This document shows positions 1 to 9,993 of a DNA stretch of 64,000 bases, one piece after another (the first letter of the stretch is position 1; every line of letters starts with the position of its first letter). This DNA is from an uncultured Chloroflexia bacterium (GTDB taxonomy: Bacteria > Chloroflexota > Anaerolineae > CG2-30-64-16): assembly GCA_963774265.1 (NCBI GenBank), contig CAVZDU010000002.1, positions 480,001-544,000 on the forward strand. The letters run 5' to 3'. Both the position numbers and the translations under genes were made by a program. The notes under the pieces are model-generated. The model did no database searches and had not been told where the DNA came from. It saw nothing but the letters and a program-made list of their open reading frames with translations.

Positions 1-2
1 CG

Positions 3-608
3 GGTTTTGAGGTTTTCTACCGCGCGAACCCGCTGAACGCGCCGGCGCTGCTCGGCCGCATTGCTGGCCCCGTCCGCTTCGCCTTCGCCATGCGCCAATC
101 GGATCTACACTTTCTGGAGCGCTACGAGCCGGACCTGACGCCGGCGACCGGCCCGCAGCTCTACCTGGATAACCTCACAACGGCCGGCGCTATCCAGCCG
201 AATACTACCGACACGCTGTCTGTCGGTGCGGTGGTTCAGCCGGCGGATGCGGTTCGCATCTACGCGCCTGTGTTCCAGGTTGCGGCAGACACGAGTGGAC
301 CCCAGGCCCCGACCAAGTTTATCGTCCGGAAGAAGTTCAACCCCGGCCTGACCCCCGTGGCCGAAGTACCGATCGATACCGCCGGCGGTGCGGTACGGAG
401 CTTCGCGAAGATTGACCTGTCGCGGCAGCTCCCCGGCCCGTACACTTTGGAGACGAATGCGGCAGGCGCCACCGCGGCCACGATCTACGTGGATGCGGAG
501 CTGGCGGGGTCCAGCGCACTCGGGCTGGTGGACATCCACTGGCAGTCGGCCCAGGACACCGCTCCCGCCGGCGGGGTGTCCTACGTCATCCGGTTTCGGA
601 AACGCTAA
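3..608 (+). CDS. Conserved eCIS-associated hypothetical protein upstream of the sheath (possibly cap-adaptor type), 5'-truncated by the window edge
   Basis: Frame is open from position 3 (GFEVFYRANPLNAP...) through the track ORF at 90; ends LGLVDIHW...YVIRFRKR just before the sheath gene. Confidence 0.6.
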   Translation, partial: GFEVFYRANPLNAPALLGRIAGPVRFAFAMRQSDLHFLERYEPDLTPATGPQLYLDNLTTAGAIQPNTTDTLSVGAVVQPADAVRIYAPVFQVAADTSGPQAPTKFIVRKKFNPGLTPVAEVPIDTAGGAVRSFAKIDLSRQLPGPYTLETNAAGATAATIYVDAELAGSSALGLVDIHWQSAQDTAPAGGVSYVIRFRKR

Positions 609-647
609 GCTGCTTTCGGCAATCATGTACCGGCAAGGAGATGGGAC

Positions 648-2066
648 ATGGCAACATATAAGAGTCCAGGTGTGTACATCGAGGAGCTGCGGGTTTTCCC
701 GCCCTCCATAGCCGCCGTTGAGACGGCCATCCCCGCGTTCATCGGTCCGACCGAGAAGGCGACCGGCACCAACGGCGAGGATCTGACCAATAAGCCCACG
801 CGCATTACTTCCCTGCTCGAATTTGAGCAAATCTTCGGCAAGGCCAAGCTGAAAGATCTGGAGGTGGACGTCATCCAGACCGGGACCAACGTGGCAGTGC
901 TCTTCCATACCGCGCCCGGCCTGCCGGACGACTTCCTTTACTACAGCATGCAGCTCTTCTATGCAAACGGCGGCGGCCCGTGTTACGTGATAGCCACCGC
1001 CACCGCGCACGCCGCGGCCACGCAGGGCATGTTCACCGACGCGACCACCGGCGCGTTCACGGTCCTCGAGGGGTTCGATGAGCCCACGCTGCTCGTGTTT
1101 CCCGACGCCTGTACGCTGAATGACACGCAACACGGCGCGGTCGTGCAGGGAGCCCTGGCGCTGTGCAAGAAGATGCAGGAGCGTTTCGCGATCGTCGACG
1201 TCCGCGATGCCATGCCGGGCGGCACGGACACCAATGCCGAAGTGACATCCAACTTCCGTGCCAACATCGGCAACGACCTGGACGCGCTCAAGTACGGCGC
1301 GGCGTACTTCCCTTACATCCGGACCGCGCTGCCCTGGAGCACCAGTGACGACAAGGTCACGATCAAGTCGCACACCAAGGATGGCGGCGGCGGCGATATC
1401 GTCGCCGATACCAAGCTGTCGGCGATCAAGAACAGCCACACGGCCGTCTACAATGCGATTCAGACCTTCATCGGAGCCGCTACGGTGACTATCCCGCCCA
1501 GCGGCGGCGTGGCGGGTGTGTATGCGCGCATCGACGCCGATCGCGGCGTGTGGAAGGCGCCGGCGAACGCGTCGCTGCTCAGCGTGATCGAACCGGCGGT
1601 GAAGCTCACCGATGCAGCGGGCGGCGACCTGAACATCGACGCGACGACCGGGAAATCGGTCAACGCGATCCGGGCCTTTACGGGCAAGGGCACGTTGGTC
1701 TGGGGGGGCCGCACGCTGGCAGGCAACGACAACGAGAACCGCTATGTCTCGGTCCGCCGCTTCCTCAACTTTGTAGAGGAATCGGTCAAGAAGGCCATCG
1801 CCGCGTTCGTCTTCGAGCCGAACGACGCCAACACCTGGGCCAAGGTTCGCTCGATGATCGAGAGCTTCCTGGTTCGGCAGTGGCGCGACGGCGCGCTGGC
1901 CGGCGCCAAGCCCGACGATGCGTTCTACGTCTCCGTGGGTCTGAACAAGACCATGAGCGCTCAGGACATCCTCGACGGTTACCTGATCGTTGAGATCGGC
2001 CTGGCGATCGTCCGGCCCGCCGAGTTTATCGTGCTGCGCTTCGCGCAGATGATGCAGAAGTCTTAA
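648..2066 (+). CDS. Contractile tail sheath protein (Afp2/3/4-like)
   Basis: N-term MATYKSPGVYIEE, TAIPAFIG, FYANGGGPCY; C-term RGVWKAPAN, LVWGGRTL, YVSVRRF, FVFEPND, RPAEFIVLRF; RBS aaggag upstream. Confidence 0.97.
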   Translation: MATYKSPGVYIEELRVFPPSIAAVETAIPAFIGPTEKATGTNGEDLTNKPTRITSLLEFEQIFGKAKLKDLEVDVIQTGTNVAVLFHTAPGLPDDFLYYSMQLFYANGGGPCYVIATATAHAAATQGMFTDATTGAFTVLEGFDEPTLLVFPDACTLNDTQHGAVVQGALALCKKMQERFAIVDVRDAMPGGTDTNAEVTSNFRANIGNDLDALKYGAAYFPYIRTALPWSTSDDKVTIKSHTKDGGGGDIVADTKLSAIKNSHTAVYNAIQTFIGAATVTIPPSGGVAGVYARIDADRGVWKAPANASLLSVIEPAVKLTDAAGGDLNIDATTGKSVNAIRAFTGKGTLVWGGRTLAGNDNENRYVSVRRFLNFVEESVKKAIAAFVFEPNDANTWAKVRSMIESFLVRQWRDGALAGAKPDDAFYVSVGLNKTMSAQDILDGYLIVEIGLAIVRPAEFIVLRFAQMMQKS

Positions 2067-2078
2067 GGGGGTGAACTG

Positions 2079-2510
2079 ATGGCCGAGTATCCGCTGCCGA
2101 AGTTCCATTTTCAGATCGAGTGGGGCGGCACAAAGATCGGTTTCTCTGAGGTCACCGGGCTGGATGTGGAGACCGAGGTAATCGAGTATCGCGATGGCGC
2201 GATGCGGGAGTACAACAAGGTCAAGCAGCCGGGCATGCAGAAGTACGGCAACATCACCCTGAAGCGCGGGGTGTTCGCGGGCGATAACGAGTTCTTCAAC
2301 TGGTGGAACACGGTGAAGCTGAACAAGATCGAGCGCCGCGACGTGACCATCAGCCTGCTGAACGAGAACCACGAGCCCGTGATGGTCTGGAAGGTGAAGA
2401 ACGCCTGGCCGGCCAAGATTACCTCGACGGACCTGAAAGCGGAGGGTAACGAGACCGCGATCGAGTCGATCGAGCTGGTGCATGAGGGCCTGGTAATCCA
2501 GAACGACTAA
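2079..2510 (+). CDS. Tail tube protein (T4 gp19 family, Afp1-like)
   Basis: YPLPKFHFQIEWGG, FSEVTGL, IEYRDG, ITLKRG, NAWPAK, IESIELVHEG. Confidence 0.96.
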   Translation: MAEYPLPKFHFQIEWGGTKIGFSEVTGLDVETEVIEYRDGAMREYNKVKQPGMQKYGNITLKRGVFAGDNEFFNWWNTVKLNKIERRDVTISLLNENHEPVMVWKVKNAWPAKITSTDLKAEGNETAIESIELVHEGLVIQND

Positions 2511-2534
2511 GGCGACACAGGCGGGAGGGCCGCG

Positions 2535-2975
2535 ATGGGAGTGTACTATCCGCCGGTCGGCTTTCACTTCCGTGTGGAGTTCGACCTGGACGGCGCGGGG
2601 GACACCGAGACCCGGTTTCGGGACGTCTCCGGCCTCTCGATGGAGCTTGAAGAGGAAACGTACAACGAGGGCGGTGAAAACCGCTTCATACGTCACTTCC
2701 CGGTACGCGGTCGCTATCCCGACCTGGTCCTGAAGCGAGGACTCCTGGCTAACTCGAAGGTGCGCGAGTGGTGCCAGGCAGCCATCCAGGATCTCGACAT
2801 TCACCCGGTCACCGTCTGGGTAACAATCCTGAACGACAGCCACGAGCCGCTGCAGACCTATACGTTCGTGAATGCCTGGCCGAAGAAGTGGTCGATCTCG
2901 GATCTGAACGCCGAGGCCTCCGAGATCGTTGTGGAATCCATAGAGCTGGCGTACCAGTACTTCAAGGTAGACTGA
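2535..2975 (+). CDS. Second tail tube protein (Afp5-like)
   Basis: YYPPVGFHFRVEF, EGGENRF, LVLKRG, AWPKKWSISDLNA, VESIELAY. Confidence 0.95.
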   Translation: MGVYYPPVGFHFRVEFDLDGAGDTETRFRDVSGLSMELEEETYNEGGENRFIRHFPVRGRYPDLVLKRGLLANSKVREWCQAAIQDLDIHPVTVWVTILNDSHEPLQTYTFVNAWPKKWSISDLNAEASEIVVESIELAYQYFKVD

Positions 2976-2977
2976 CG

Positions 2978-3163
2978 ATGCCGGTAATCATCAACGAGCT
3001 GGTGGTCAGGGGAACGATCGAGGCGCCGCCGCCCAGAGGCGGGCCCGGCCCTATCGCGGCCCAGGACGGGGTGGGCGCGATGACCGCCGAAGAACGTGCC
3101 GCGCTGATTGCGGCGATCGTCGAGGAAGTGCTGCGGGCGCTGGATCGGATGAAGGAGCGCTAA
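2978..3163 (+). CDS. Small eCIS protein (Afp6/DUF5908-like)
   Basis: MPVIINELVVR...IVEEVLRALDRMKER; ATG at 2978 just after the tube stop (the track ORF from 2768 is over-extended). Confidence 0.85.
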   Translation: MPVIINELVVRGTIEAPPPRGGPGPIAAQDGVGAMTAEERAALIAAIVEEVLRALDRMKER

Positions 3164-3835
3164 ATGGCCGATGGCTTGCTGGCGAAACTGACGATTGTGC
3201 CCTTCGAAGACTCGGACACCGTGCAGGTGGGGCCCCCTGCCGGGCCACCGTTCATCGCGCAGTTCAACCCCGAGTCGTTCACCATAAACACCGAGATCGA
3301 CTACGGCACAGACGACCGCGCCCAGGGTGATGACGGCGGCCCGGCCAAGTTCAAGGGGATCAAACCCCGCTCCTTCACGTTCGATTTCCTGCTTGATGGC
3401 ACGGGCGCGGCAGGCGACGTCAACGACGTGTTCGCCATGATCGCGCTGTTCAGGTCGACCACCGGCTTCTGGGGCAATATCCATCGGCCCCGGTTTCTGC
3501 TGCTGCAGTGGGGCACGTTCCTGGCCACCAGCGTCCTGCAGAGCTACTCGATCACATACAAGCTGTTCCGGCCCGACGGCACTCCGCTGCGCGCGGTCCT
3601 GTCGGCCACTTTTCGAGAGCACAAGTCGAAGGCGTTTGAGCAGCTGACGAAGAACCTCTCGTCGCCGGATCTGACCCATGCACACCTCGTGCAAGAAGGA
3701 GAGCATCTGTCGCTGATCACGTACCGGGTCTACAAGAACCCGCACTACTACTTCCAGGTCGGCGAGAAGAACGGGCTGGACAACTTGCGCGAGGTCGCGA
3801 CCGGCACGACGCTGTACCTGCCGCCGCTGAAGTGA
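3164..3835 (+). CDS. Tube initiator / LysM protein (Afp7-like)
   Basis: QFNPESF, FLLDGTG, HRPRFLLLQWG, YKLFRPDGTPLRA, SSPDLTH, C-terminal LysM-like segment. Confidence 0.92.
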   Translation: MADGLLAKLTIVPFEDSDTVQVGPPAGPPFIAQFNPESFTINTEIDYGTDDRAQGDDGGPAKFKGIKPRSFTFDFLLDGTGAAGDVNDVFAMIALFRSTTGFWGNIHRPRFLLLQWGTFLATSVLQSYSITYKLFRPDGTPLRAVLSATFREHKSKAFEQLTKNLSSPDLTHAHLVQEGEHLSLITYRVYKNPHYYFQVGEKNGLDNLREVATGTTLYLPPLK

Positions 3836-3851
3836 TGGGAAGTGACCCAAT

Positions 3852-5606
3852 ATGACGCTGCCATCCCTGCCTGAAGTCGAGACCCGTCCTACCGCGACCA
3901 TGACCTTCACGGTGAAGGCGAACGGTCAGGAGCTGCCGGGCACCCTGCGGATCGTCTCGATCGACATCACCCGCGAGCTCAACCGCATCCCGACGGCCGC
4001 GTTGGTGCTCTTCGACGGCGATGTCGCGCAGGCGGACTTCGAGGCCAGCAGCGGCGAGCTGCTTGTGCCGGGAAAGGCCCTGGAAATCATGGGGGGCTAC
4101 GCATCGGATGAGAACCTGCTGTTCCGAGGCATTATCACCGGTCAACGAATCCAGGTGCGCGGGCGCGGCGACAGCCGTCTGCATGTTGAGGCTCGCGACG
4201 CCGCCTTCCGCATGACGCTAAACCGGAAGTCCCGCTATTTCACGGAAATGACCGATTCGGATCTGTTCGAACAGATCATCGGGGAGTATGACGCCCTGCA
4301 GCCCGACGTGAGCCCGACGACTACCACGCACCCCGAGGTCGTGCAATACCAGGTCTCGGATTGGGACCTGATCGTGACGCGCGCCGAGACCACGGGCATG
4401 ACCTGCCTGGCCGACAACGGCACCCTGCGCATCCGCAAGCCGGACCTGGGCCAGACGCCGGCCGCGGTCCTGGCGTACGGCCAGAACGTCTTCGACCTGG
4501 ACCTGGCGCTGGACGCCCGGACCCAGCTACAGGATATCAAGGCAGAGGCCTGGGATCCGGCGAATCAGGAGGTCATCACATCTGAGCTGGACGACGTGGC
4601 CTCGCCGCCGGAGGGCAATTTGAGCGGGACGGATCTGGCCGGCAGTGGGGGCGCGCCGGGGGCCGAGCTGCGTCACGGCGGTAACTTGTCGCAAACAGTC
4701 GTCGACGCGTGGGCAGAGGCACGTATGCTGAAATCACGCTTCGCCCGCATTCGCGGGACCGTCCGCTTCCAGGGCACTGAGGCCGTAGTCCCCGGCAGCC
4801 TGGTTGAGCTGAGCGGGATGGGCGATCGATTCAACGGGACCGGCTTCGTTTCAGGGGTGCGTCACACGCTTGGCGCAGGTGATTGGCAGACCGTGATCCA
4901 GCTCGGTCTACGGCCCGAATGGCACGCCGAGCTCTTTCCGGTTAACTCGCCGCCCGCCGGAGGCCTGCATCCTGCCATCCACGGCCTGCAGCCGGGGATC
5001 GTGACGCAGCTGCAGGACGATCCCGCCGGCGAAGATCGCATCCTGGTGCGCCTTCCGCTCATCAGCACGAGCGACAACGGCGTGTGGAGTCGGATCGCCA
5101 CGCTGGATGCGGGCCAGGATCGCGGCACGGTCTTCCGGCCGGAGATCGATGACGAGGTGATCGTGGGTTTCATCGAGGACGACCCAAATCACCCGGTCGT
5201 CCTCGGCATGCTGCACAGCAGCAGCAAGCCGGCGCCCATTCCTGCAGACGACAAAAACCCTCAGAAGGGTTTGGTCACCCGTGGCGGGACGAAGGTGGTA
5301 TTCGATGATGACGCGCCAAGCTTGACCATCGAAACGAAGGCGGGCAACCGCCTTGTGATCGACGACAAGAACACTCAAATCCTGGTCGAGGACCAAAACG
5401 GCAACAAGATCACCCTGAGTCAGGATGGCATCAAGCTCGAAAGCTCGAAGGACATCGTGTTGAAGGCTACCGGCGACGTCTCGATCGAAGGGACGAATGT
5501 CGAGGTGAAGGCGAATGCTTCCGCCAAGATCGAGGGCTCGGGGAGCGCGGCGCTCAAGAGCAGCGGCACCACCGAGGTCAAAGGGTCACTGGTGAATATC
5601 AACTAG
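3852..5606 (+). CDS. VgrG-like spike protein (Afp8-like)
   Basis: ELNRIPTA, VQYQVSDWD, OB-fold DAGQDRG.VFRPEIDDEVIVGF, C-terminal beta-helix ending KGSLVNIN. Confidence 0.95.
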   Translation: MTLPSLPEVETRPTATMTFTVKANGQELPGTLRIVSIDITRELNRIPTAALVLFDGDVAQADFEASSGELLVPGKALEIMGGYASDENLLFRGIITGQRIQVRGRGDSRLHVEARDAAFRMTLNRKSRYFTEMTDSDLFEQIIGEYDALQPDVSPTTTTHPEVVQYQVSDWDLIVTRAETTGMTCLADNGTLRIRKPDLGQTPAAVLAYGQNVFDLDLALDARTQLQDIKAEAWDPANQEVITSELDDVASPPEGNLSGTDLAGSGGAPGAELRHGGNLSQTVVDAWAEARMLKSRFARIRGTVRFQGTEAVVPGSLVELSGMGDRFNGTGFVSGVRHTLGAGDWQTVIQLGLRPEWHAELFPVNSPPAGGLHPAIHGLQPGIVTQLQDDPAGEDRILVRLPLISTSDNGVWSRIATLDAGQDRGTVFRPEIDDEVIVGFIEDDPNHPVVLGMLHSSSKPAPIPADDKNPQKGLVTRGGTKVVFDDDAPSLTIETKAGNRLVIDDKNTQILVEDQNGNKITLSQDGIKLESSKDIVLKATGDVSIEGTNVEVKANASAKIEGSGSAALKSSGTTEVKGSLVNIN

Positions 5607-5632
5607 CACGTCATGTTCGCAAGGAGAAAACC

Positions 5633-5926
5633 ATGCCGCCTGCGGCGCGCATCACCGATATGCACACCTGCCCGATGGTGAACCCGGGCCCCAGCCCGCA
5701 CGTCGGCGGCCCGATCCTGCCGCCCGGCGAGCCGACGGTGCTCATCGGTGGGGTGCCCGCGGCCAGGTTGGGCGACTCGGCAATCTGCGTGGGCCCGCCC
5801 GACACGATCGCCGCCGGGTCCGCCACCGTATTGATCGGCGGCAAGCCCGCAGCTCGCCTGGGTGATGTTACGGCGCACGGCGGCTCGATTGTCGGCGGGC
5901 TCCCGACAGTGTTGATCGGAGGATAG
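5633..5926 (+). CDS. PAAR spike-tip protein (Afp10-like)
   Basis: Three PAAR motifs (PAARITD, PAARLGD x2), HTCP, TVLIGG. Confidence 0.97.
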   Translation: MPPAARITDMHTCPMVNPGPSPHVGGPILPPGEPTVLIGGVPAARLGDSAICVGPPDTIAAGSATVLIGGKPAARLGDVTAHGGSIVGGLPTVLIGG

Positions 5927-5929
5927 GCC

Positions 5930-6349
5930 ATGTTCAACGAGGGGTTCCTCGGCCGCGGCTGGAGCTTTCCGCCCAGCTTCGACCGGGCGGGCGCGGAGGT
6001 TGAAACCACATCCGGAGTGACTGACATCGAGCGCAGCCTGGAGATCATCTTCACCACGGCCCTGGGCGAGCGCGTCATGAACCCGACTTTCGGTTGTAGC
6101 CTGGAGGACATGGTCTTTGAGTCGATGAACACGTCGATGCTGGCGTACGTCCGAAACCTGTTGGAGACGGCGATCCTCTACCATGAGCCGCGCATCGACG
6201 CCGAGCCGGTCGAACTGATCTCCGACGGCCTGGAGGGGATGCTGCGGATCGTGGTGCACTACACCGTGCGCGGCACCAACTCGCGGTTCAATTTCGTCTA
6301 TCCGTTTTATTTGAACACTGCTACCGGCGCGAGCGCGAACGGATTGTGA
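5930..6349 (+). CDS. gp25/GPW-like baseplate wedge, sheath initiator (Afp9-like)
   Basis: FLGRGWSFPP, GERVMNPTFGC, HEPRI, TNSRFNFVYPFY. Confidence 0.95.
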   Translation: MFNEGFLGRGWSFPPSFDRAGAEVETTSGVTDIERSLEIIFTTALGERVMNPTFGCSLEDMVFESMNTSMLAYVRNLLETAILYHEPRIDAEPVELISDGLEGMLRIVVHYTVRGTNSRFNFVYPFYLNTATGASANGL

Positions 6350-9300
6350 ACATGGCGGCGAACTGCAACCGGAAAAATCCCCTGACGCGAGGCGGCACCA
6401 GCCAGGCCGAGCGGCTGATCCCTGCGCTCTCTCCCGGCTATTTCCGGCTGGACGAGCGCGACCCGGGCGACCTGATCCTGTTCGCCGAGCGTTTCAGCCG
6501 GCTGATGCGCTACCACGACGCGGCTGGAACGCCCGGCATGGACTGGCTGCCCTTCTTCTCGACCGATATTGCCGCGACCCTCGCCGGGCTGAGCGAGCTG
6601 CCTGTCGCGTCCATCCAGGAATTTGCCCGCGCGCTGCAGGTTTACCTGGCGGAAGACCCCGCGCGAGCTATCGGCGACCTCCGGGCGCACTTCCGGCTCG
6701 TTTTCTACCTGCCGCTCCTGCTTCTGCGCGATGCCGGGCGCTATTTCAACCGCCTGCCGCGTGAACACCCGCTGAGGGCGTTCATGGTGAGCCTCCTGGG
6801 GCGAGATGCCAGGTCCCCGTTTGGAGATCTGGCCGCCTATTATCGCGGCGCCCTGGCGCTCGCCGCGCCTTTGTTTACGGACACGGCACCGGATTCCAAC
6901 GATTACAACACCACCTTCAACGATGCGGACCCGCGCATCCAGCTCCCCACCACCGTCACCGAACGCATTGCCGGTGCGCCCGTCCTCTCGGACCTAGACA
7001 TCAGCGGGGACCTCATCGCGGATTTTGCGGGCTCAGGCTGGACCGTCTTCTACAACACGCAGGCGGCGGTCACCGCGCCGTACGAGGACGCGCTGGCCAG
7101 CTCAACCCAGGTGGTCTACCACCAGATTTACGATGCGCTGAACTACAACCTCCTGGACAAGGCGTTAGAGCGCCTGTTCCAGATCGCCGAGCGCATTGCG
7201 GCCGAAGCCGCGGGCTATCTCCAGGCGTCGCTGACCTCGTTCGACGGCCACACGCCGCACTACGCGCTCTGGCTCGCGTTTCTGAGGCTGTTCAAGTTCA
7301 ACCAGGACTCCCTCAACACCCTGACGGCGCGGCACCTGGACTACTATTACCGGGAAGTCTTGCAGCTCTGCCCGCGCGGCCTGCAGGGCGATCAGGCCCA
7401 TCTGCTGTTCGAGCTCAATAAGGGCGTGCAGGAGCATCTGCTGCCTGCGGCGAGCACCCTTTTCAGGGGGGGCAAGGATGCATCCGGCAAAGAGGTGCTC
7501 TACCGGCTTGACTCCGATATCGTCGTGAACCGGGCCAAGGTTGAGGCGCTGAAGGCGGTCGCCCGGCTCACGTGGACGTCCGGAACCGCAGAGTTTTACC
7601 TGCCTTACGCGTCGCCCGTCGTCAACTCGGGCGATGGCCAGGGTGCACCGCTGGCGAAGGATGACGCCAAGTGGAAGCCGTTTGGTCCCGTTGTGGCGAA
7701 ACCCAACACGCGGCTCGGATTCGCAGTCGCCGACAGGCAGCTGTTCCTGCGTGAAGGAACGCGCACCATCACGGTCCAGCTGGTGCTTGAGGCCGGACTG
7801 CTCACCAATCTATTCCCGCTCGGCTTCAAGGCATATCTCACGGGCGAGAAGGGCTGGGTCGAAGTCCAGGGCGCGGGGAACTTGCTGGTCAGGCACGAGA
7901 CCCGGGGACCTGTCTTCGAGATCAAGCTCACGGGCGACGATCCGCCCATCGTGCCGTACGATCCTTCCATTCACGGCGAGGGCTATGACGTCGCGACGCC
8001 GGTTCTCAAGGTGGAGTTCGACTTCACGGGACAGCCGTTCTGGAGCACCTTCCTATATCAAACGCTGCGCGACGCGCGCATCACAGGCATTGAGCTGTCC
8101 GTGTCGGTGAGCGGCGCGCGCGACTTCACGCTGCAGAACGAAACGGGCGCGATCGATCCATCCAAACCGTTCCTGCCTTTCGGTCCCTCTCCCGCGACCA
8201 ACTCGCCCCTGATACTCGGTAGCAGCGAAGTGTTCAGCAAGAAGCTCGCCTCGCTGGAGCTGCACATCGACTGGGAGAAAGCCCTTACCAGCACCGGCTT
8301 TTTCCTGAAGAAGGGGTCGTCCGACTACAAACTCCGGCTGCGAAGCCTCGAAAAAGGGATATGGGGGAACCCGTCCAACGAGTACAACATCGGTCTGTTC
8401 GGCAATCCGATCACCCTGTCCGGACTCCCCGCTCCCGATCCAGGTCTGATCCAAACCCTCAAGGACGAGCCGTACTCGAGCAAGTCCAGCACTGGCTTCG
8501 CAAAACTTGAGCTCAACCAGGGCTTCGGGCACGGGGCGTACCTGAATGAGAAGACGAAGGCCCTGATCGACCTGGTCAAGGACACCACCTGGACGCCATC
8601 CACCGGCGCCTATAACTACGATGCGCAGAACGTGCCGTTGGAGCCGTACACGCTCAAGAGCACGGCTATGACGCTGAGCTACCAGACAAGCGCGGCCGCG
8701 CCGGCCCATTTCCTCCACCTGTACCCCTTTGGATGGAGGGAGGTGAGCGCGTCCGGGGGTCGCCTGCTCCCGGAGCTGGCCAACGAGGGCGAGCTGTACA
8801 TCGGCGTCAGGGATCTCCTGCCGCCTCAGCGGCTGACCCTGTTGTTCCGGGCCGTGGATGGGACCGCGAATCCGCTCAAAGGCACGGCCGCGCTGCAGTG
8901 GGATTACCTGAGAGGCGACGAGTGGGTCCGGCTGGAAGAGCAGTTCGTTGATGACAAGACCAACAACCTGACCGGCTCGGGCATCGTGGGGATCGCGGTG
9001 CCCGCCGATGCAGACACCACTCACACCCTGCTGCCTGCCGGCCTGCACTGGATCCGCATGTCCGCCGCCAGGGACGCGGACGCCCTCGACGACCTGCTCG
9101 GCATCGATGCGCAGACAGGGACGGTCAGTTTCGTCGACCAGGGCAACGACCCGGCATTCCTGGCCACGCCGCTGCCCGCCGGCACAATCGCCAAGCTCAA
9201 GACCGGCGATCCCAACGTCAAGAAAATCGTGCAGCCGGCAGCCTCGTTCGGTGGCGCGGCACCCGAGGCGGCGGGCCACTTCTACGTGCGCGCGAGCGAG

Positions 9301-9987
9301 CGCCTGCGCCACAAGGATCGGGGCGTGACGATGTGGGATTACGAGCATCTTGTGTTGGAGCACTTCCCAAACGTGTGGAAGGTCAAGTGCATCAACCACA
9401 CGGCGCTCGAGCGCGACAACGGCCAGGCGATCGTGGCCGACAACGAGGTGCGGCCCGGGCATGTGCTAGTTGTGACCATCCCGAACCTGCACGACCATCC
9501 CAACGCCGATCCCCGCCGGCCGTACACCGACAAGCGCACGATCGTGGCCATCGACGCGTTCCTGCGCCAACGCCTCTCACCCTTCGTCCGGCTGGAGGTC
9601 GCCAACCCCAAGATCGAGGAGGTGCAGGTGAACTTCAAGGTCGCTTTCACAGAGAAGATTGCCGATATCGCCTTCTACAAGAGCGAGCTCAACGACGCCA
9701 TCATCCGGTTCCTGTGCCCGTGGGCGTATGGAGAGACTTCGGGGGCAACCAGCGGTTCGTCCCGGGGGATCGAGTTTGGCGGCAAATGGCATAAGTCGTC
9801 GATCATCAATTTCATCGAAGAGCAGCCGTACGTCGATTTTGTGCAGGACTTCGAGATGTATCACAAGGTTGATATCGAGCAGAGCGACACCACGTGGAAC
9901 CGGATCGACGAAGAGGTCGTGGAGGCTTCTACGGCCAGGTCGATCCTGGTGTCGCACAAAGCACACCTTATCGCCGAGATCGTGTAG
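6346..9987 (+). CDS. Baseplate J-like protein (Afp11-like)
   Basis: GTSQAER, PHYALWLAFL, HLDYYYREVL, RASERLRHKDR, WDYEHLVLEHFP, KCINHT; 1213 aa (alternative ATG at 6352). Confidence 0.93.
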   Translation: MNMAANCNRKNPLTRGGTSQAERLIPALSPGYFRLDERDPGDLILFAERFSRLMRYHDAAGTPGMDWLPFFSTDIAATLAGLSELPVASIQEFARALQVYLAEDPARAIGDLRAHFRLVFYLPLLLLRDAGRYFNRLPREHPLRAFMVSLLGRDARSPFGDLAAYYRGALALAAPLFTDTAPDSNDYNTTFNDADPRIQLPTTVTERIAGAPVLSDLDISGDLIADFAGSGWTVFYNTQAAVTAPYEDALASSTQVVYHQIYDALNYNLLDKALERLFQIAERIAAEAAGYLQASLTSFDGHTPHYALWLAFLRLFKFNQDSLNTLTARHLDYYYREVLQLCPRGLQGDQAHLLFELNKGVQEHLLPAASTLFRGGKDASGKEVLYRLDSDIVVNRAKVEALKAVARLTWTSGTAEFYLPYASPVVNSGDGQGAPLAKDDAKWKPFGPVVAKPNTRLGFAVADRQLFLREGTRTITVQLVLEAGLLTNLFPLGFKAYLTGEKGWVEVQGAGNLLVRHETRGPVFEIKLTGDDPPIVPYDPSIHGEGYDVATPVLKVEFDFTGQPFWSTFLYQTLRDARITGIELSVSVSGARDFTLQNETGAIDPSKPFLPFGPSPATNSPLILGSSEVFSKKLASLELHIDWEKALTSTGFFLKKGSSDYKLRLRSLEKGIWGNPSNEYNIGLFGNPITLSGLPAPDPGLIQTLKDEPYSSKSSTGFAKLELNQGFGHGAYLNEKTKALIDLVKDTTWTPSTGAYNYDAQNVPLEPYTLKSTAMTLSYQTSAAAPAHFLHLYPFGWREVSASGGRLLPELANEGELYIGVRDLLPPQRLTLLFRAVDGTANPLKGTAALQWDYLRGDEWVRLEEQFVDDKTNNLTGSGIVGIAVPADADTTHTLLPAGLHWIRMSAARDADALDDLLGIDAQTGTVSFVDQGNDPAFLATPLPAGTIAKLKTGDPNVKKIVQPAASFGGAAPEAAGHFYVRASERLRHKDRGVTMWDYEHLVLEHFPNVWKVKCINHTALERDNGQAIVADNEVRPGHVLVVTIPNLHDHPNADPRRPYTDKRTIVAIDAFLRQRLSPFVRLEVANPKIEEVQVNFKVAFTEKIADIAFYKSELNDAIIRFLCPWAYGETSGATSGSSRGIEFGGKWHKSSIINFIEEQPYVDFVQDFEMYHKVDIEQSDTTWNRIDEEVVEASTARSILVSHKAHLIAEIV

Positions 9988-9993
9988 GCGCGT

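Noticed and set aside
105-2843. 912-aa minus-strand ORF, and similar long antisense ORFs (8053-9462, 27621-29855, 34007-36373)
   Set aside because: Shadow frames opposite clearly identified genes in high-GC DNA; no recognisable motifs
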